A stretch of DNA of 63,360 bases, counting the filler, from Phoronis australis (lineage: Eukaryota > Animalia > Phoronida): assembly GCA_002633005.1 (NCBI GenBank). It is 5 parts of 5 records of this genome, joined end to end, with 100 filler letters (N's around TTAATTAATTAA, not from the genome) between each part and the next. Parts side by side here need not be neighbours in the genome. Positions count along the whole stretch, not along the records: positions 10,270 to 41,468 come from NMRA01000031.1; 4 more parts are not named here. One strand, 5' to 3'. The position numbers were made by a program, and so were the translations under genes. Below the pieces are notes generated by a model. It searched no databases, was not told the DNA's origin, and worked only from the letters and a program-made list of their open reading frames with translations. Below, in pieces: positions 26,192 to 40,849 of the stretch; positions within the stretch are counted from its first letter, which is position 1, and each line of letters starts with the position of its first letter.

Positions 26192-26720
26192 TTTTTATGG
26201 GCCCACATATTTGTACATGTATGTGGGTGCCCTCCACTGCTGTATCTCCTAAAACCCTTGAAGTGTCTTATTGAAATTTGGCTGGTGTGTTCCTAGTGCA
26301 ACTTCCTACTGTACGAAGCTGACCACAGATGACCATTTTCGGACTGACCCGACTGTTCTCCTAGTGGCAATTTTAGTTTTTACGTTCTTGATGGATTTTC
26401 ATAAAATTCGGCAAATAGGTCTGTAATAAGGAGACGACGATGCCGTTCCATTTTCAAACGGATTAAACATATTTTACACCGCCTGGCGGCCATTTTTGTG
26501 TGCTTTTTCTGGCATGCGCCTCTTTGTCTGCCAAATCATCAAATGATCATTGTGAAAATTTACAGATGTATTCATGACGAGAAGGCCACGACTGACTGAC
26601 GTTGACTTTCGCAGGGGTCCTACTACCGCGTTGCTCCCTTGTGCTGATTTTGCTTTTTGCGTCTGCAGCGGAATCTTCTAAGGTTTAAAAACCTTTGAAG
26701 TTACTTTGTTAAATTTGTAA
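26192..26720 (+). mobile_element. Partial HINE copy
   Basis: TTTTTATGGGCCCACATA...TATGTGGGTGCCC 5' hairpin plus the same core repeats; another partial copy lies at about 27914-28260. Confidence 0.6.
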
Positions 26721-26729
26721 GATAATATG

Positions 26730-27800
26730 TATTGCCAAACCACTATTTTCATGGGTATTCATAGTCCCTTCTTGTCTAACTCTGTTTTTTGCCAGACATG
26801 TTTTATAATGGTATTAACCTTTGCCCTTTATGCCCTTTTTAAACCCAAGTTACTTGTGCCACAAATCATTTCAGATAGGCAGAAGTACATTTATTCCACC
26901 GAACAAGGAAACATTTTGACTGCTCCATTTATCAAGAGACTTTTTAAAACTCTTGATTTTTAAATCAAAATTTAATAAGTCATTTTCTTGTTGATTGTCC
27001 ATAAAGAATATTCCCAGACTTTTGATTAGTTTGCCATTCCACTTCAATCCAGGCAATGGACCAGGATACCCTTTGTCACTACTTTTACATTTCTTTAAAT
27101 TTAACTATATGATGAAGCTAGAAACAAATATATTGGTAACATCCCAAGAAGTATTGTCATGCTTAAGAGACTCTTATAGTCAGATGATGAGAGAACATTA
27201 AGACATGTAGCCAAGTTTACTGTACGTGCAGAAACTCAACGAAAAAGATTTATAAATGTAAATCTGCTGTTTTTGTTGATTTATAATGTGGACTGGAGGC
27301 ATGTTTACTCTGATGATAATTAAATACGCATGCCTTTAATTAAATACAGTTTCGCTTGTAATGCGCCATAACTTCAACCGTCAAACAAAACCATGGTCCC
27401 GACAAGGAATCCTTTTGACTTGCACCTTTCTCAAAAGGAAAATAATTCGTGTTGAAGCTATGCCGATGATTTGGTATGAATTATCTTCGCCCATATTGTG
27501 AAAATATGTTTAAATTTGAAATCCTCTAGTGATCGAAAAATGAAATCCCATTTGCTGCTGTCATGTGCATTACAAAAATCCAAAAATAGAATGTGTCCTT
27601 GAGCATAACATTTGTATATGTTGTAGCATCCTGAATTACTCTTGTATTATTACCTATGTGTCGTCCATTGACAGCTGTTTGATTTGGATGAATTAATTTG
27701 GCTACAACTTTATTTAAGTGAGCTATAAACACTTTTGTAACAAGCTTATAATCAAAGTTATTGGTTGTCAAATATTTAGTAGTAGTACTGGTGATTTGTT
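26730..27800 (-). mobile_element. L1/Tx1-type LINE reverse transcriptase fragments (decayed)
   Basis: KVFIAHLNKVVAKLIHPNQTAVNGRHIGNNTRVIQD (RT N-terminal domain), IKSLGIFF, and LDKWSSQNVSLFGG (W..R.LSL.GR motif). Confidence 0.75.
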
Positions 27801-28902
27801 TGCAAAAAAGAAAAGCAGCTATGTTAATAATGACAACCCCAGGCACTTTTTCTTTTTTTTTAACAGTGAAGCACAGCTTAAAGACCAGTACCAGGCATGA
27901 TTTTCATCGTTGTCATGGGCCCACATACATGTGTGGCGAATCATACTGTCACCTCCGTCCGTACCGTAAGGCGTGCAGCCTATTTGCAATTTATTTTTTA
28001 CGTTTTTCTCTGTATATTTGCAGTTCCTTGGCAGATTTTCATGAGATTTGGCAAATAGGTTTGTATTAAAGAGCCGATGCAGACACTTTGAGTGAATTGG
28101 CGTATTATACGCCATCTACATGTATAGTGGCCATTTTTATTTTTTTCGTGTCTTGTTGTTGTCGACCCCCTCTTTTTCAGTCAGCCAAACCTGGCACACT
28201 TTGGGATCATTATGAAAATTGGCATCTATTGCATTTCGATCTTCAAATTGTCAAGAAACGACAATCGAAGTGCTCCTTTTGGTCCCATAAAATTGGTCGC
28301 GTAATATTCCTTACCGTAGTTAGGGTTACATTTCTGCCATCATCTCGAGTCGTAGCTAAAGCGGTGTGCGCCCATTTTCGAATTCGAAATTTTAGTATTG
28401 GCCCAACCCTTGAATAAAGCGATTTGAGTCGCTGATTGCCTAGATTTTGTTGGAAATATCCCGTCTTGGCAAGGAGTATTACTAGACAGGTTTTCTGAGA
28501 TTAAAACGCTCGTATTCCGTTTTAATTTCTAACAGCTAAATAGTTTGCTGGCATTGCTGATTTTAGTCAGCGTACGTAGAACTACGGTCTCGATAATTTA
28601 TGAAGACCATTGGGATGCACATCTGACGTATAAAGCCATTCGTTGGTATGTTCAGTAGACATGCTCTCCCTCACCGTTCGGACATATGTCTCAAGGCAAC
28701 AAACAGGTATATGCACGCAAATATCCTGAAAAATTTCTAATCACTGAGTCTATGCACATGTTTTGCAGTACACTTGCAATCATTTGTGTCGTGTTGAAAC
28801 TCTTTTAATCCAAACGGTACGCAAAAACGGCCTTTGACGAGAAATTTGCAACCCGACGTCGGGTTCTAGAAATTCACCCCACGAGGTAATTTAAAGATAT
28901 GG

Positions 28903-29067
28903 CAGGGGCGGATCCAGAATTTTGAGTTAGAGGCGGGGGGAGGGCAAGACAGAGTATTAGCCAGGATTTCACCCTTCAGACATTCGCACCCCCGAACTCC
29001 CAAATGGAATCTGGGAGAATTTTAGTGGGGGGCATGGCCCCGTGGCCCCCCTCTAAATCCACCACTG
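28903..29067. mobile_element. ~165-bp GC-rich MITE (CAGGGGCGGATCCAG termini, hAT-like)
   Basis: Inverted copies at about 52335-52510 and 62192-62350 share AAAATTC(T/C)CCCAGATT.CATTTGG; related ends at about 16303-16670 and 62650-62663. Confidence 0.7.
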
Positions 29068-29939
29068 TACTAACTAGTCGACTATCGTGTGGTAGGGCCG
29101 TAATGATATAACTCAATATTTCTTCACAAGTCCATGAGGTGCACGTGAAAACAAACAAAAAATTGCAGGGAGTCGAGAGATCTCTGAGAGTCATCAGTGT
29201 TAGCTGTAACTTGGAAAGTTTTAGTTCGTGAAAAAACAACAACTAGGCATGTGGATAAACATGGCGGAATGTCATTTATTTCCTACCTCGTGTAACTTCC
29301 ATGAGCCAGTGAGACGAATATTAAACGTTTAAAATTTTGGTACAAAAATCCGTAATTTGTGTAGTCATAAAATGTCCTGAGAGAATGTGTGACAGAGCCC
29401 GGCTGTCGATGTCATACTATTGCAGTTCGTCAGGGAAATGTTTTCATGATGCGGCCGTTACAGACTGCAGTCCGCAGTAGGCTAAATGTTGTTTAAAAAC
29501 TCTACCTACTATAGGATCGTGTTCAGTTGGTGGCGACATGAAGTCGAATGTAAGGTAAAAACACGTGGCAAACAGACATACGACTGAGTGGTGATCCATA
29601 TGCTTTTGACAGAAATCGACTCCATTCACTCGCAGCCAACATTGAATGTTGGCATCGGTCACTTTCCGATACCTCATGTTTTAATTCCATAACTGTTGCT
29701 ATTTGTGATACAAAAGAAGCCATGTAGCTGCTGAAAGAAGATTCAAAGAGAAATAAGACAATTGTTTTCGTATTTTTAGGAAATCTAGGAAGCAACAGTC
29801 CCAAAAAGATTCTGCTAAAGTCTTCTTTACTGTAATTCATTTCTTTCAAACTGGCTGAGTTCGTCATGAATCGGCTGATAAACAATCTTCACGACAAATT
29901 TCCTCTCTGGTAATTGATATTCCATTGAAACAACACCAT

Positions 29940-30474
29940 GTGGAAGTTGTGAAACGTCAAAGACTTGTAACAAAGATGAAATTTTATAAAACCTTGATCG
30001 TCAATTTTATCCTCATGTGATGGCCAAAAACGAACAATTCTGGCACTCCGCTGGCGACAGGCTTCGGGGAAGAGCGTGTTTTCCTTCCCTGGCCTAACGA
30101 CAACTTTCCTCAGTGGTAATTGATCTTCCAGTAAAACAACACCTTATTGCGGCGTTGTCATCCTTTGTCTTTTCGTATAAAGCAATTAACTCCCATGTAC
30201 GCTGTTCTCATTTGTTTGAAATGAATGTAACAAAGTGAATATCCAGTGAACACCAATTATGTGTATTTTACGTGAACGCATGCTTTGTACAGTTCAGATG
30301 CACATGACACGCTTAATTCCGTAGGCCGGGGAAGAAATATACGGCCTTTTCCGGAGCCTGTCGCCAGCACAGTGTAAGAGTTGTTTTTGGCCATAACATG
30401 AGGATAAAATTGACGGTCAAAGTTTTATGAAATTCCATCTTTGTTACAAGTGTCTGACGTTTCACAACTTCCAC
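29940..30474. mobile_element. Foldback/MITE with ~130-bp imperfect inverted arms
   Basis: GTGGAAGTTGTGAAACGTCA...GCTGGCGACAGGCT (29940-30070) mirrors AGCCTGTCGCCAGC...TGACGTTTCACAACTTCCAC (30348-30474). Confidence 0.75.
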
Positions 30475-32048
30475 TGAGCTGCATTATCAAGAAAATGAAT
30501 ACGCACAACATTCAAAACATGGCGGGAAAATTACAGTGGTCATAGGATGACGGCATTCTATTGAGTTGGGGTTTGTGTTCTAAAATTTTAAAACTTTCTT
30601 TTACAAACATACGGAATTTACTATAAGCATCGTGATCTAAAATTCTGACGTCAAAATCTATCTCGTCACCGGTCTACACTTGGTTATTAACATAACTGTT
30701 TAGTACCCGCGCTTCAATCAATTTTGAAACAACACTTTGTCAAATATACCAACTGGAGGACCGGAACCGCTCTTTTTCAAAGTGCACCTTCAAAGCATGA
30801 CCTTAACAAAATGATTTTTTTCAAAACTGGACCCTAACAAAGTGAACTTTGACCTTAGACCTCATTTGCATTCTCCAAAAGAAGCTGTTGCCGAAGTTTC
30901 CGAGACGATGTTCCGTCTACTCAATTCCGAAGTGATGTAATTTCTCCCCGTTATTTTGCTTGATTTCACTGCCTGTTCTAGGAGTTACTTTTACACACTA
31001 AAAGTCTGCATTGCATCCGCGCAAGGATCATACCAATACACCACTAAAAGTCAAAATCATATCATTCTCGTGAAATTATGGGTATCCAAGTTTCTGGTGG
31101 GAAAGTCACTAAGATGGATTTCACGGGATACGTGTGACACAAAAACAATCCTCAGACTTTCCGGTGACTGAAAATATGATTTGAAGGAACGGGAAGTGAC
31201 TTCCATGTACGTGACTATAATTAGTATATCGATACAGTTGACCACGCATGCAAGAGTGACGGCCTGTATCGAAAACATCACAAAGTTGCACGCGTCGTTA
31301 ATTGCGTATATGCTTTGTCGCAAGTACCTACTATTTTTCATCAGAAAATTACACATGGCTTTCACAAGAAGCGTTCCGAGTTGCCATAGCGATGTTGTTT
31401 GATTATTGAAATGACTGAACCCTGCGATCTCTCGAACACGTGTATGAGGTATGCATCTCTCAATCCGTTGGGCCGACCGTGTCCTCGAGCGGTGTACATC
31501 ATAATACTGCAGCTAGCATTGGAATTGAGACAGCACGTTTCATTGCTATTGATCGCTGTTGGGAACAGAATTAGTAAAGTTATCCAAAAAGTAGTTTTAG
31601 GAAAACCAGGTAAGGCGTCACACACACTGTGTTTGTTCTACTCAAGCGCAGGTTTAGATTACTTGTTGGAATTTTCTGTTCTCTTCATGCAAAGACTTGT
31701 TATTCTGTTTTACATGTCCTCATTTGATACATTTTGCGAAAAATTGTTGCAAGGCAGAAATTGGTGCTTTGTCGTTTAGTTTGTTATTTCCTGCGTAACT
31801 CACTTCACAGAGCTTTTAATGAAGTTGTTCACTGCAAGCAATACAAAGATGTTACAGATATTTTGCGTAATTCAAATGATAAATTGAACCACAATGCAAA
31901 ACCCCCGACATAGCACCAAATTTGCTAAGGTTCATGAGATCGTTACTTTGTAAAGTTGTTGAGAAACGTTGTCTTCGTAAGTGTCAAACTGTCATCCAGT
32001 AGGACGTCTGTGACGAACCAGCGCGCGACCAATGTACCTTGTTGGTAG

Positions 32049-32123
32049 TGTATGTATGTGTGTGTGCTTGCGTGCGTACGTGCGTGGGTATGGGTGGGCG
32101 TGTGTATGTGTGCGCGTGTGCGT
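32049..32123. repeat. Imperfect (GT/GC)n microsatellite
   Basis: Alternating purine-pyrimidine tract. Confidence 0.8.
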
Positions 32124-33110
32124 GAATCACTTGCTGGGCTCATTGAAATGTCATTATAACAAAACAGATGCTTGTCCGCGTGCTGCAAAAAATGTTAAAC
32201 TTTAAAAATGCGTTAAAGAGACACAATCGGTTCCAAGGTCTTTTGGGGGATTATTGTAGGTTATCAGCTTCGATAAAACAGCAAATTTCGTTGTGTTTTG
32301 TGATTGTATTAGATATCGCCTTTTTCCAAAATTGGCTTCCTGTCATGATTCGGTAGGATTAACTGAAATCGTGAATTGTGGCCTTATCAGTATATTAGGG
32401 TTAAAATGCTTGGCAACTTTCCACATCGGGCTTTTAGCTCTACCAGCAAGGTGAAGGTTCTAATGCGTCTTGGAACTGATCTCAAATGCACAACATTATC
32501 GTCGTTACCGTCACTTTAACATAAATTGCAGATTCTCGTCGAGATTTTGCAATATAGCTGACTTTCGAAATAGCCACCCCATATTGAAATTTGCAATCCC
32601 CCCAGCCGACGACATCGTCTTTGGTGGACAAGTGATCAGCGCCACCTGCAGATCCGATGGGGACGGGAGGTATCAATTTAATGACATAAACAGTGTTTTA
32701 AGGCCTTGGTGCTATCATAATGCCGGCAAATTTTAAATTGCGGCGAGATATATTACTGGCTCACGAAAAAATGCACTAAAATCTTGAAATATCTGGCCAT
32801 GGGTGAAAGACATCATGTCCAATATATTCCATGCGAAGAAAGATCCGCGACTGTATAATCGGTAGCTGCGACCGATAAGGCTGATGAATTTTAATCCCAT
32901 TCGGCGATGTAAAAAAAAACAGTGAGCTTAACTAATAAAGCAATGACAGGGCCAGGTTGAAAGGGGTTTTCACATGTTTCAAAGTAACGAAGCACTATGT
33001 ACCCAGTTGTGAATGTCTGTCCACCAAATCAAGCAGAATTCGATTTCTCGCTGTCATTCAAGTTACTCTATGAAAAGTCCCGTATTGACTACACGTGTGT
33101 TCACTCCATA

Positions 33111-33960
33111 CAACCTCGTGCCCAAGCCTCAAGATGGCGTTGATCGATTTGAGGCTTGGTTATGGGAAATTCTTTCTACGCAATGATTGGCTGCTGCCTT
33201 GACGTCATTAAAGCACAGACAGATTTTAATCAGTATTTTCACAGGCGTTGTTGCTGCCATTCAGAAGGCATTGTTTTGCTTATTGTTTGAAATAAATAGA
33301 AATGTTGTTGGGGTACTTATTTTCAATTCTTTTTATTAATAGTGTCATAGACAGTTTTCGAATCAAAATACATATTTTTGCAATAATTTAGACCTTAATT
33401 GCTGCAATATACCGCTAATTTACATTTGTATATCATACATGCTGCAGAAAATTTCATCAAAGTCGACATAACCTTACATTGCTCGTGATATTCCGGCGAT
33501 TTCCGTAAAAATGTGTCAGAATTCTGACACATTTCATTTCCTGCGTTTTAAAATATAGGTCTTGTCATTGTAGTAACAGTAAAGTGCAGTGTATATGTGC
33601 TGGCGTTACAGTTATATTGAGTACTGTTTCGGTGATTGATTTTACTTTGGGATATCCCGTTTCATGCATGGGGAAATCTCAGTGTAAGAAATTTGAAATG
33701 AAAAAATCGGTTTATCTGTTGCTGAGAAATTACCAGTGCTGTAGTGGTAGAATTAGAGGTATGTAGGCGCCCAAAGCTCACCGCATCACTTTAAGCACTG
33801 AACGTAACTTACTGGTGCGTAGGCGCTACGTTCAAATCCCATAAGGTGCTTGGCTGCGCCTACGTGCGCCTACGCCCCACTACAGCACTGGAAATTACAC
33901 CACTGAAGTTTCAAATGATGAAACCGATTAGCGCCATCTTGAGGCTTGGGGACGAGACTG
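33111..33960. mobile_element. Non-autonomous DNA transposon with ~36-bp TIRs and a perfect 9-bp TSD
   Basis: CAACCTCGTGCCCAAGCCTCAAGATGGCG ... CGCCATCTTGAGGCTTGGGGACGAGACTG; CACTCCATA at 33102-33110 and 33961-33969. Confidence 0.9.
33734..33890. mobile_element. hAT-type MITE nested in the 9-bp-TSD element
   Basis: Perfect 14-bp TIR CAGTGCTGTAGTGG / CCACTACAGCACTG, with 8-bp TSD GAAATTAC on both sides. Confidence 0.92.
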
Positions 33961-36900
33961 CACTCCATATTCTTCACACACTCACGCACACACACACACT
34001 TTCACACTAGTGAAATCGTAGCGTCGTCTACCGCTCTTTAGACATTACTCGTTCATCGTCAAGTTTGTGATTTCATCCAGGCCGTAACGCACAAGGACAA
34101 CAAATTTTATCATCAATCTCACACAAAATTCCTCTTATCATTATTCATGCACAATTTAACCACGGTTTGTTGATCAGTACAACCTAATTCTTGGCGCGTG
34201 ACATTTATATAACAACCGTTGCTATTTTTTCAATAAACGTTACCTGTTTCTTGAACCCGGTTGGCGTGATGTAAGAGGTCAAATAACAACACCGCAATGT
34301 TGACACGGATTAATTGGTATGATCTGATTATCGGTAATTAGAAATGGAGCACATATCCAAGCGCTAATCATCAAATGAAACACCGACTCCCGGCTTTGCA
34401 AACAAGGCACTCTCGAACCAGCTTCACCCCAGTGATGACGACGCGAAGAAGTGTGGAAACCAGTGTCCCAGATGCTGGACCGTCAAAAATCTCGACCGAT
34501 GACATCTTTTGGCGCTGATTGGCAGACTGACGATGAACTTGTAAGTTCGTTGTAATATTTAAGCTCGAAGTATGCATTCACACTGCCAGAATTGTACCCG
34601 AGACGTGACACAGGACATCTTTTTGTGATTCTGTATGAGCGTAAACATTTGTAAGCCAGGATGATAAGAAAATGGGCTGTGCTCGACTAAAAACGCAGGT
34701 AAGTAGGACAGTCTCCGCGGGTATAAAGTTTTTACTCGAAATCGAACTCGAAATTGTCTTTGTTAATTTCTACTTTTGTGCGAACATAAGGTAAGTGTCG
34801 ATTACGTTATGGTGTACAAGGACAGTTTTTGATTCTATTTTATTCTTGATGATCCCAGCATTAAGGTTAAAAGCTCAAGTCTGAACTCCAAATTTCGAGT
34901 TTTTACTCGAGTTCGGAGTCATCAAGTGCAAACTAGGACTAGAAACTCATGTGCATAAACCAAAATGTACTCGAACAAAGACTAATTGACACTTGTCTTA
35001 AGTTCGCACAAAAGTAGCACAGAAATTAATTGCCAAAAATTATTTCGACTTCGACTTTGAGTACAAATATAAAGAAACCCTGTCACGGGCTCGAATCAGG
35101 TTGGGTAAAACATCGTCATCGGGACAGGTACGATTTTTGCGTGCTAATGGTTTCACAAGCACCACGCACGCACATTGCCGGAATGTGAAGACGACATTGT
35201 CTTTGCTAAAAAAGAACACGTTATGACTGATTGATAAAAGTCCTCTTTAAACTTCATGAATTAACACCTCTGTGCACGGTGTGCCGATAACTAAAGGTTC
35301 GATCGATCATGGGACAGTAATACTTCATTGTTAACATCACTGTAAACTTGAAAACGCGGAACAAGTACAAAGCGTAGATTTATCGTAAGCCTTACGACCG
35401 GTTGTATTCAGCAGACGTGATATCGCACGCGCGCCCGTGAAAGCGACGTACATGTACATTGTGATTTTCCATTTTAATGAAAATCACATCTTTTCATCAC
35501 TTCAGTATACCTAACACTAACCTTCGTGAGTCCATTCACTAATTTAGAATCACTGAATAATTTCCTATAGCTCTATCCATCAAATTAAGTTTGTTGTTAA
35601 CAGTCCAGTTCAGAAGTACAACAAATTTCCGTAAAGTGCGTGTCAGCTACACGTAACACCACCACCACAAAAGAGCATGTGTTGTCGGTCTGTCTCATCA
35701 CCTGTCTGCAGACGTGCGTTTACTTGTTTTTATCTCTGATTTTATTACAAATGGCCGAATCCTGATAAAGGCTTTTAGCCAATAAAGTAAAATCGAGGCG
35801 GTGACTTCATCAGCTGTTTCAGTACTACCATAGTAGGCTCAATAAAAAAAGGCCGACGAGGCGATGATGATCAAAGCCGGCGAGAGAAAAGCCAAGGGAG
35901 AAAAAGAGGGAATAGCTAAGGCACGTTGGGGGATTGACCTCTTCAGAAAAAGCACTGTTGGGAATGAAATCGTGCGCTGGCCAAGCCTTGCGAGATGAAC
36001 AGTGCGTTGAATATTTCCAGAAATGCTGTGTAGTCCAGTGGATTTGCATTCGAATCCCTCCCCCATATTCCAGAATCAATTCCTTGACATTCATACTTAT
36101 TTTTGATAGATGAAATGCTTAAAAAATTTAGAATTTGAAAAACTTATAAGCTACGTTTCCAGTCTTTGAAAACCTATATTGAATCTCTTGCCGAGTTTCA
36201 AAAATGACACTCGTATTTCCAGATTTTTGCTCGTAAAATAGTGGCGATCAAAACAGCCGGACGTTCGCTGGGCGTCCCATACGATTGAGGTCAATTTTTT
36301 ACTCGTACTTTTCTTTTTTACACTCGTATTTTTAACCCATTCATTTCCACTCTCCGGAGTTACTGTCGCCAACAGTGCCACCTAGTGGTTGCCAAGGACA
36401 TCGTCTTGTTAGCATCTTTTCCACTGCCAATTGGTGCTGAAATCGACAATTAAAAGGTCTGAAGTCTTCCACAGCCTCTCATCTACTAGGCCCATTGTGC
36501 GAACTTATACAAAAAAATGTGCTGGCGCGCCGGGCCAGTTAGTCTGAAAAGATAGTGGCCCGGCTGCCAAGATGCTGGCCCTGCTTTTTGCATCCTATAA
36601 CTATACGTTTTTCTCAGTCTTTTACTTTTACAATAAATGCATATGCTCTTGAAAACAGAACCTTATTTGTTTTGTTATTAACCCTATGTGAGGATTTATA
36701 GCCCACAAGGTTCAAAAGTTAATTCGTTGGCGTTCAAGAAGTGATAGGCAAACAGATAGGCAATAGACCTTTTTTAAGTTAATTGAATATGAGACCACAT
36801 CCGGGCCCCACACACAGAGCCCGTCCGGCCACTGACTTTTAAAAAATACTGGCCAGGCGGCAAATCCATTGGCCCCGAGTTTTATCGGAATAAATGGTTC

Positions 36901-39424
36901 AAATCATAAATACCGCAGACAAAGATCGTTTCAGACACTTGCATAAAATTACGGACTAAGTCACAATCCTCTGCTTAAGATTGAATAACAAGGCCCACGA
37001 CTATGGCGACTAGGCAAAGCGTGTTTCTTGGCTACAATTAAGAGTCTAGTAAACCAACAGTATAAACATCAAAACGAACATTCAATATCAAAATAATTGA
37101 ATAAAATTGTTATGAAGTTAGAATATACTGACGATTAAACTTGCGGAAATGTCGAAAATAAATTTTAGACGGAAACTATGATACCCGGTGGTCTCCCTCG
37201 GCTTCCGCTACGGCCGGGCGACTGACGGCCAACAATGAAAACCATTTCGTGGCGAAATACATCCAGAAAGAAAATTTTAAATGGTGCCAAATGGTGTAAT
37301 AAAAGTTTTAATGAGTTTTAAGTAAAAGGAACAATTCACACTCAGCCGAAAGCATTCGTATGAGCTACTACCCGGCGGAGCCCGACCGCCTGGCCTCCTG
37401 CGCGGACATCTTTGTTCCCCGGCACAAAGTGAATTCATCAATTAGCTGACCTGGCCTTGAATGGAGGAATTCGCGTGACAAAGAGATTAAAAAATACTGC
37501 GTCATGCTCCTAACACTGCAATATTTAAGTATCGCCGACATTCAGCTCATTGACTACAATTCACTACACCCCCCTCGTTTGCGGCGCGAATTTTTATATT
37601 TATACAACAGAGGTATATAATATATTGTAAGTTTTCGTCACGCTTTAAAATTTCTTTTCCATGATAATTGAAAATCAAAGCCAATTTAGCAAGAGATTAT
37701 ACTTTCCCGGCGAAGGGTTACGGCAACTGCAGGGGAATTATTTCGCCGTTTACTGTGTTCCGGCAGCAAAATCAAGTACACGTGCCCGTTTTTGTCATTG
37801 AAATGTGGTCTGGAGCTCAGTGTTTTGAGATAAAACTTGATTTTGTTTGATGAAACATCGCCGTGTGTGGATGTTTTTTTTTCTATTTTACATTTTTAAC
37901 GGACAGTAAAGTCGGTGCCTATTTACTCAGCCAAGTACGTAGAAATACGCTCACACGTCCGCGTAGTCATACGGCAATTGCTCACTCCAGTCTAGCCAGT
38001 ACGTTGGATCATTTTCACGATATGGCGATAGAGATAAGACATTTGCTGATCTAGAAAGTTTTTCCCCCTAATTAATTACCTAAACGGGCACTTTTGCTGA
38101 AATTTGACGTACCCTAGGTATGAATCAGGGCTGACCTCAATAGCCGAGTGTTGGCTGTAGGAGATGCTACGTACTTCACAAACTTATGATTATGCATTAG
38201 ATACCATTCGTCATACGCAAAAACAGGTAAAATTTGTACAATAAATAATGAAGTATGCATAAAAAGAATCAAAATGAGAATCGAAAAACAACCAAACCAA
38301 ATAACAACGCATTTACGCGCACGGTGATATCAATACGTTTTCAAGGACAACACGACCGCCATTCAGGAATCGTTCCTGAATTGACACACAGGAACTAAGG
38401 TCACGGAAATAGACGGGAATAGTCGATGATTTTCTAATCTCGGCCGAGGTGCAAAATTGTGCTCAAAAAGGCTTTTAGTTTGATAGCAGAAAAGTAGTGA
38501 ACATGCTACATATTACTTTGGTATTTACTTTTAAGTTTTTTAACTAGATTGCCCTTTGAGATAAGGACTTTAAGCCGCAAGTAGCAGCCATTGTGTCATG
38601 GCTAATGTTTTGGGGTCACAGAGACGTTTAATATTGTTTTAATCAAGTCATGTCAACATTCCTTGGTATTATTAGTTTTTAACAATATTTATTGAGGATA
38701 AAAGTAAGATATATAACATCCTAAGGAAAAAGCTTATCTTCGAGATGGTCATCACAAGCCTGTAAATAACAAACATGGTAATGAACAATGGTATAAATAA
38801 TGAAAGGATGCGAAGATACAATGGTAATAAAACACAAGGAATTTGCTAAAGCAGGAAATTTTGCATGAAAATGATAATGATGAAATTAAAAACAGTATTC
38901 AAGTTATGTATGAATATTTTTTAAAGGAAAAAGTGTACAAATAATTGTGGTGTTGCAAGGATATTATATGAAAGATGTAATGATTAAGTTGAGCAAAGGT
39001 GACTGTACAAAATTTCTTAACTTTTTAATAGTAACTATGTATTTAATGTGACCAGGGAGCTAATTCCACAAGAACAAAAAATGCCTTGCGTAAAAATCAC
39101 TCCTGTGTCTAGGTACCACAAGATCATGTTTGAGGCAAAACGAGTTTGTTCCAAGTGTATAACGAATGGGTACAATATTTCTGGCCAGGTATTCTGATGC
39201 ACCACCGCAGTACATTTAAAAATCATACGCAATCGTCTAAGTTCATAAAATTGATCAATGTGTTCACAGCTTAACTCAGCGACTACCTGTCGGGGTGAAG
39301 TGTCAAACGGGACACCCAGGGTGATCATGACAGTCTGTTGTTGCATCTCTGAAAGCTCATTAATCAAACTGGTTGTGAAACGGGAACACACGGTACAACA
39401 ATACAAAAATGTTTTAAAACACAG

Positions 39425-39679
39425 CATGCGCGAAGCAAGGGGGGGCTCGTTGGGCTCGAATGAGCCCCCCATTTGGCGAAGTGGGCAAAAAGGTCCGCCT
39501 CAGAGAAACAAAAAGTACGAGAAAACGAGACAAAAGCCCACTAAAAAACGCAGACGCACAGTTCATTGTTGTGAAGGTGGTACTCCGTTTTTTTAGTCCT
39601 CAAGATTCGTTTCGTCAGCAAAAGGTCCACATCGGACAGAAATTCGAGCCCCCCATATTGAAGGCTGGGTGGGCGCATG
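39425..39679. mobile_element. MITE-like element
   Basis: CATGCGC...GCGCATG termini; internal repeated GAGCCCCCCAT and AAAAGGTCC motifs. Confidence 0.5.
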
Positions 39680-40849
39680 CACAGGAACTAAAATATTTCA
39701 ATGTGCCCTGTTAGGAAGGTAGGGTTAACACGTCTTAAAAATCCGAGTCTCAGTTGTAGTTTGGAGACAACATCAGAACCATTGTCACTCCCATGGGCGG
39801 CGCACCATAGGGGGTTGAGAGGCTATAGCCCCACTTTTTCATTGCTGCGCCGCCCATGATTCCGTGATAATGTGTTGTCAATCTTAACACCAAGTAATCA
39901 CTTAGAATGTGTACATGTATATTCCAAAGAAAGTTCCTCAAATTTGAGATCCAATTCCAAATCCTTTAAGTCTATGACGTTTTGCATAGATGCGATACAT
40001 ACATGTTTAGTTATACAATACAAGAGAGCATGATAGGCAGAAGGGAGTGCATTGATAGCTTCAACAGGATGGGAAGATTCGCTACCGTAAATGCGTTTTA
40101 TATTTTTGGAATGACCTTATTAGCACCCAGTAAGACTTTAAAAATGCAAAAATCTCGATAAAGGCCGTGGTCTTATACTCAAATAGTCATACTCGATTAA
40201 AACCATGATCCTAATTTGGGATTTTACGGTACCAGCTGCTTTTTGCACGCGCTGACTTTTTTGCTTAGTGCATGCGGGCATTTTATTTGCGGTAAGTCGC
40301 CATTTAGCCATTGGGATACGGAAGGAACGTGTTTTCATAAAACATCACTGAGTACAATAAGTCATTGTTCAAAAGCTGAAGTAAACATACTCGTCGTCAA
40401 CTACATTACTGCAGTCAGTGTTGCCGGAGTGACTACAACCGGGGCGGAGTTTCTGGTTATTAAGTCTTTGGCTGGACAGGAAGGAACCCGGATTAGCGCC
40501 GATTTGATGGATGTAGCGCCAAGAACTGGAGTGTCCGATTTCTGAGGCAAGTATCTTGCAATTACGGCGATATCAAACAAGTTTTCCCGAGACATATATG
40601 CATTACACCTGAAGCCTGACGCATATCGTAGGCCAAGTGCGAAATATGTCCGAATTATTAATAATTCGTTATTTATTCCAGTAATAATTCCTTAGGCAAT
40701 CAGAAGCCAAGAACAATTACTGTAATAAATATATATTGCTAAAATTAATATTTATTTCATTTAATAAATATTTATTACTGAAAAAAATCAGCCAATCGGA
40801 TGCCAGGTGCGCTCCCCATATAGACCGGCAGCCCAGAGCACTTAGCATA

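Noticed and set aside
29444-29885. THAP-domain-like words (RFPK, W, VVC) on the minus strand
   Set aside because: The motifs are in different frames with wrong spacing and no complete C2CH signature.
35850-35945. piggyBac-like DEAM...WG motif
   Set aside because: Similarity is too short and no neighbouring motifs support it.
38700-39035. Possible additional LINE 3' remnant on the minus strand
   Set aside because: Composition is suggestive, but I could not recover convincing protein motifs.
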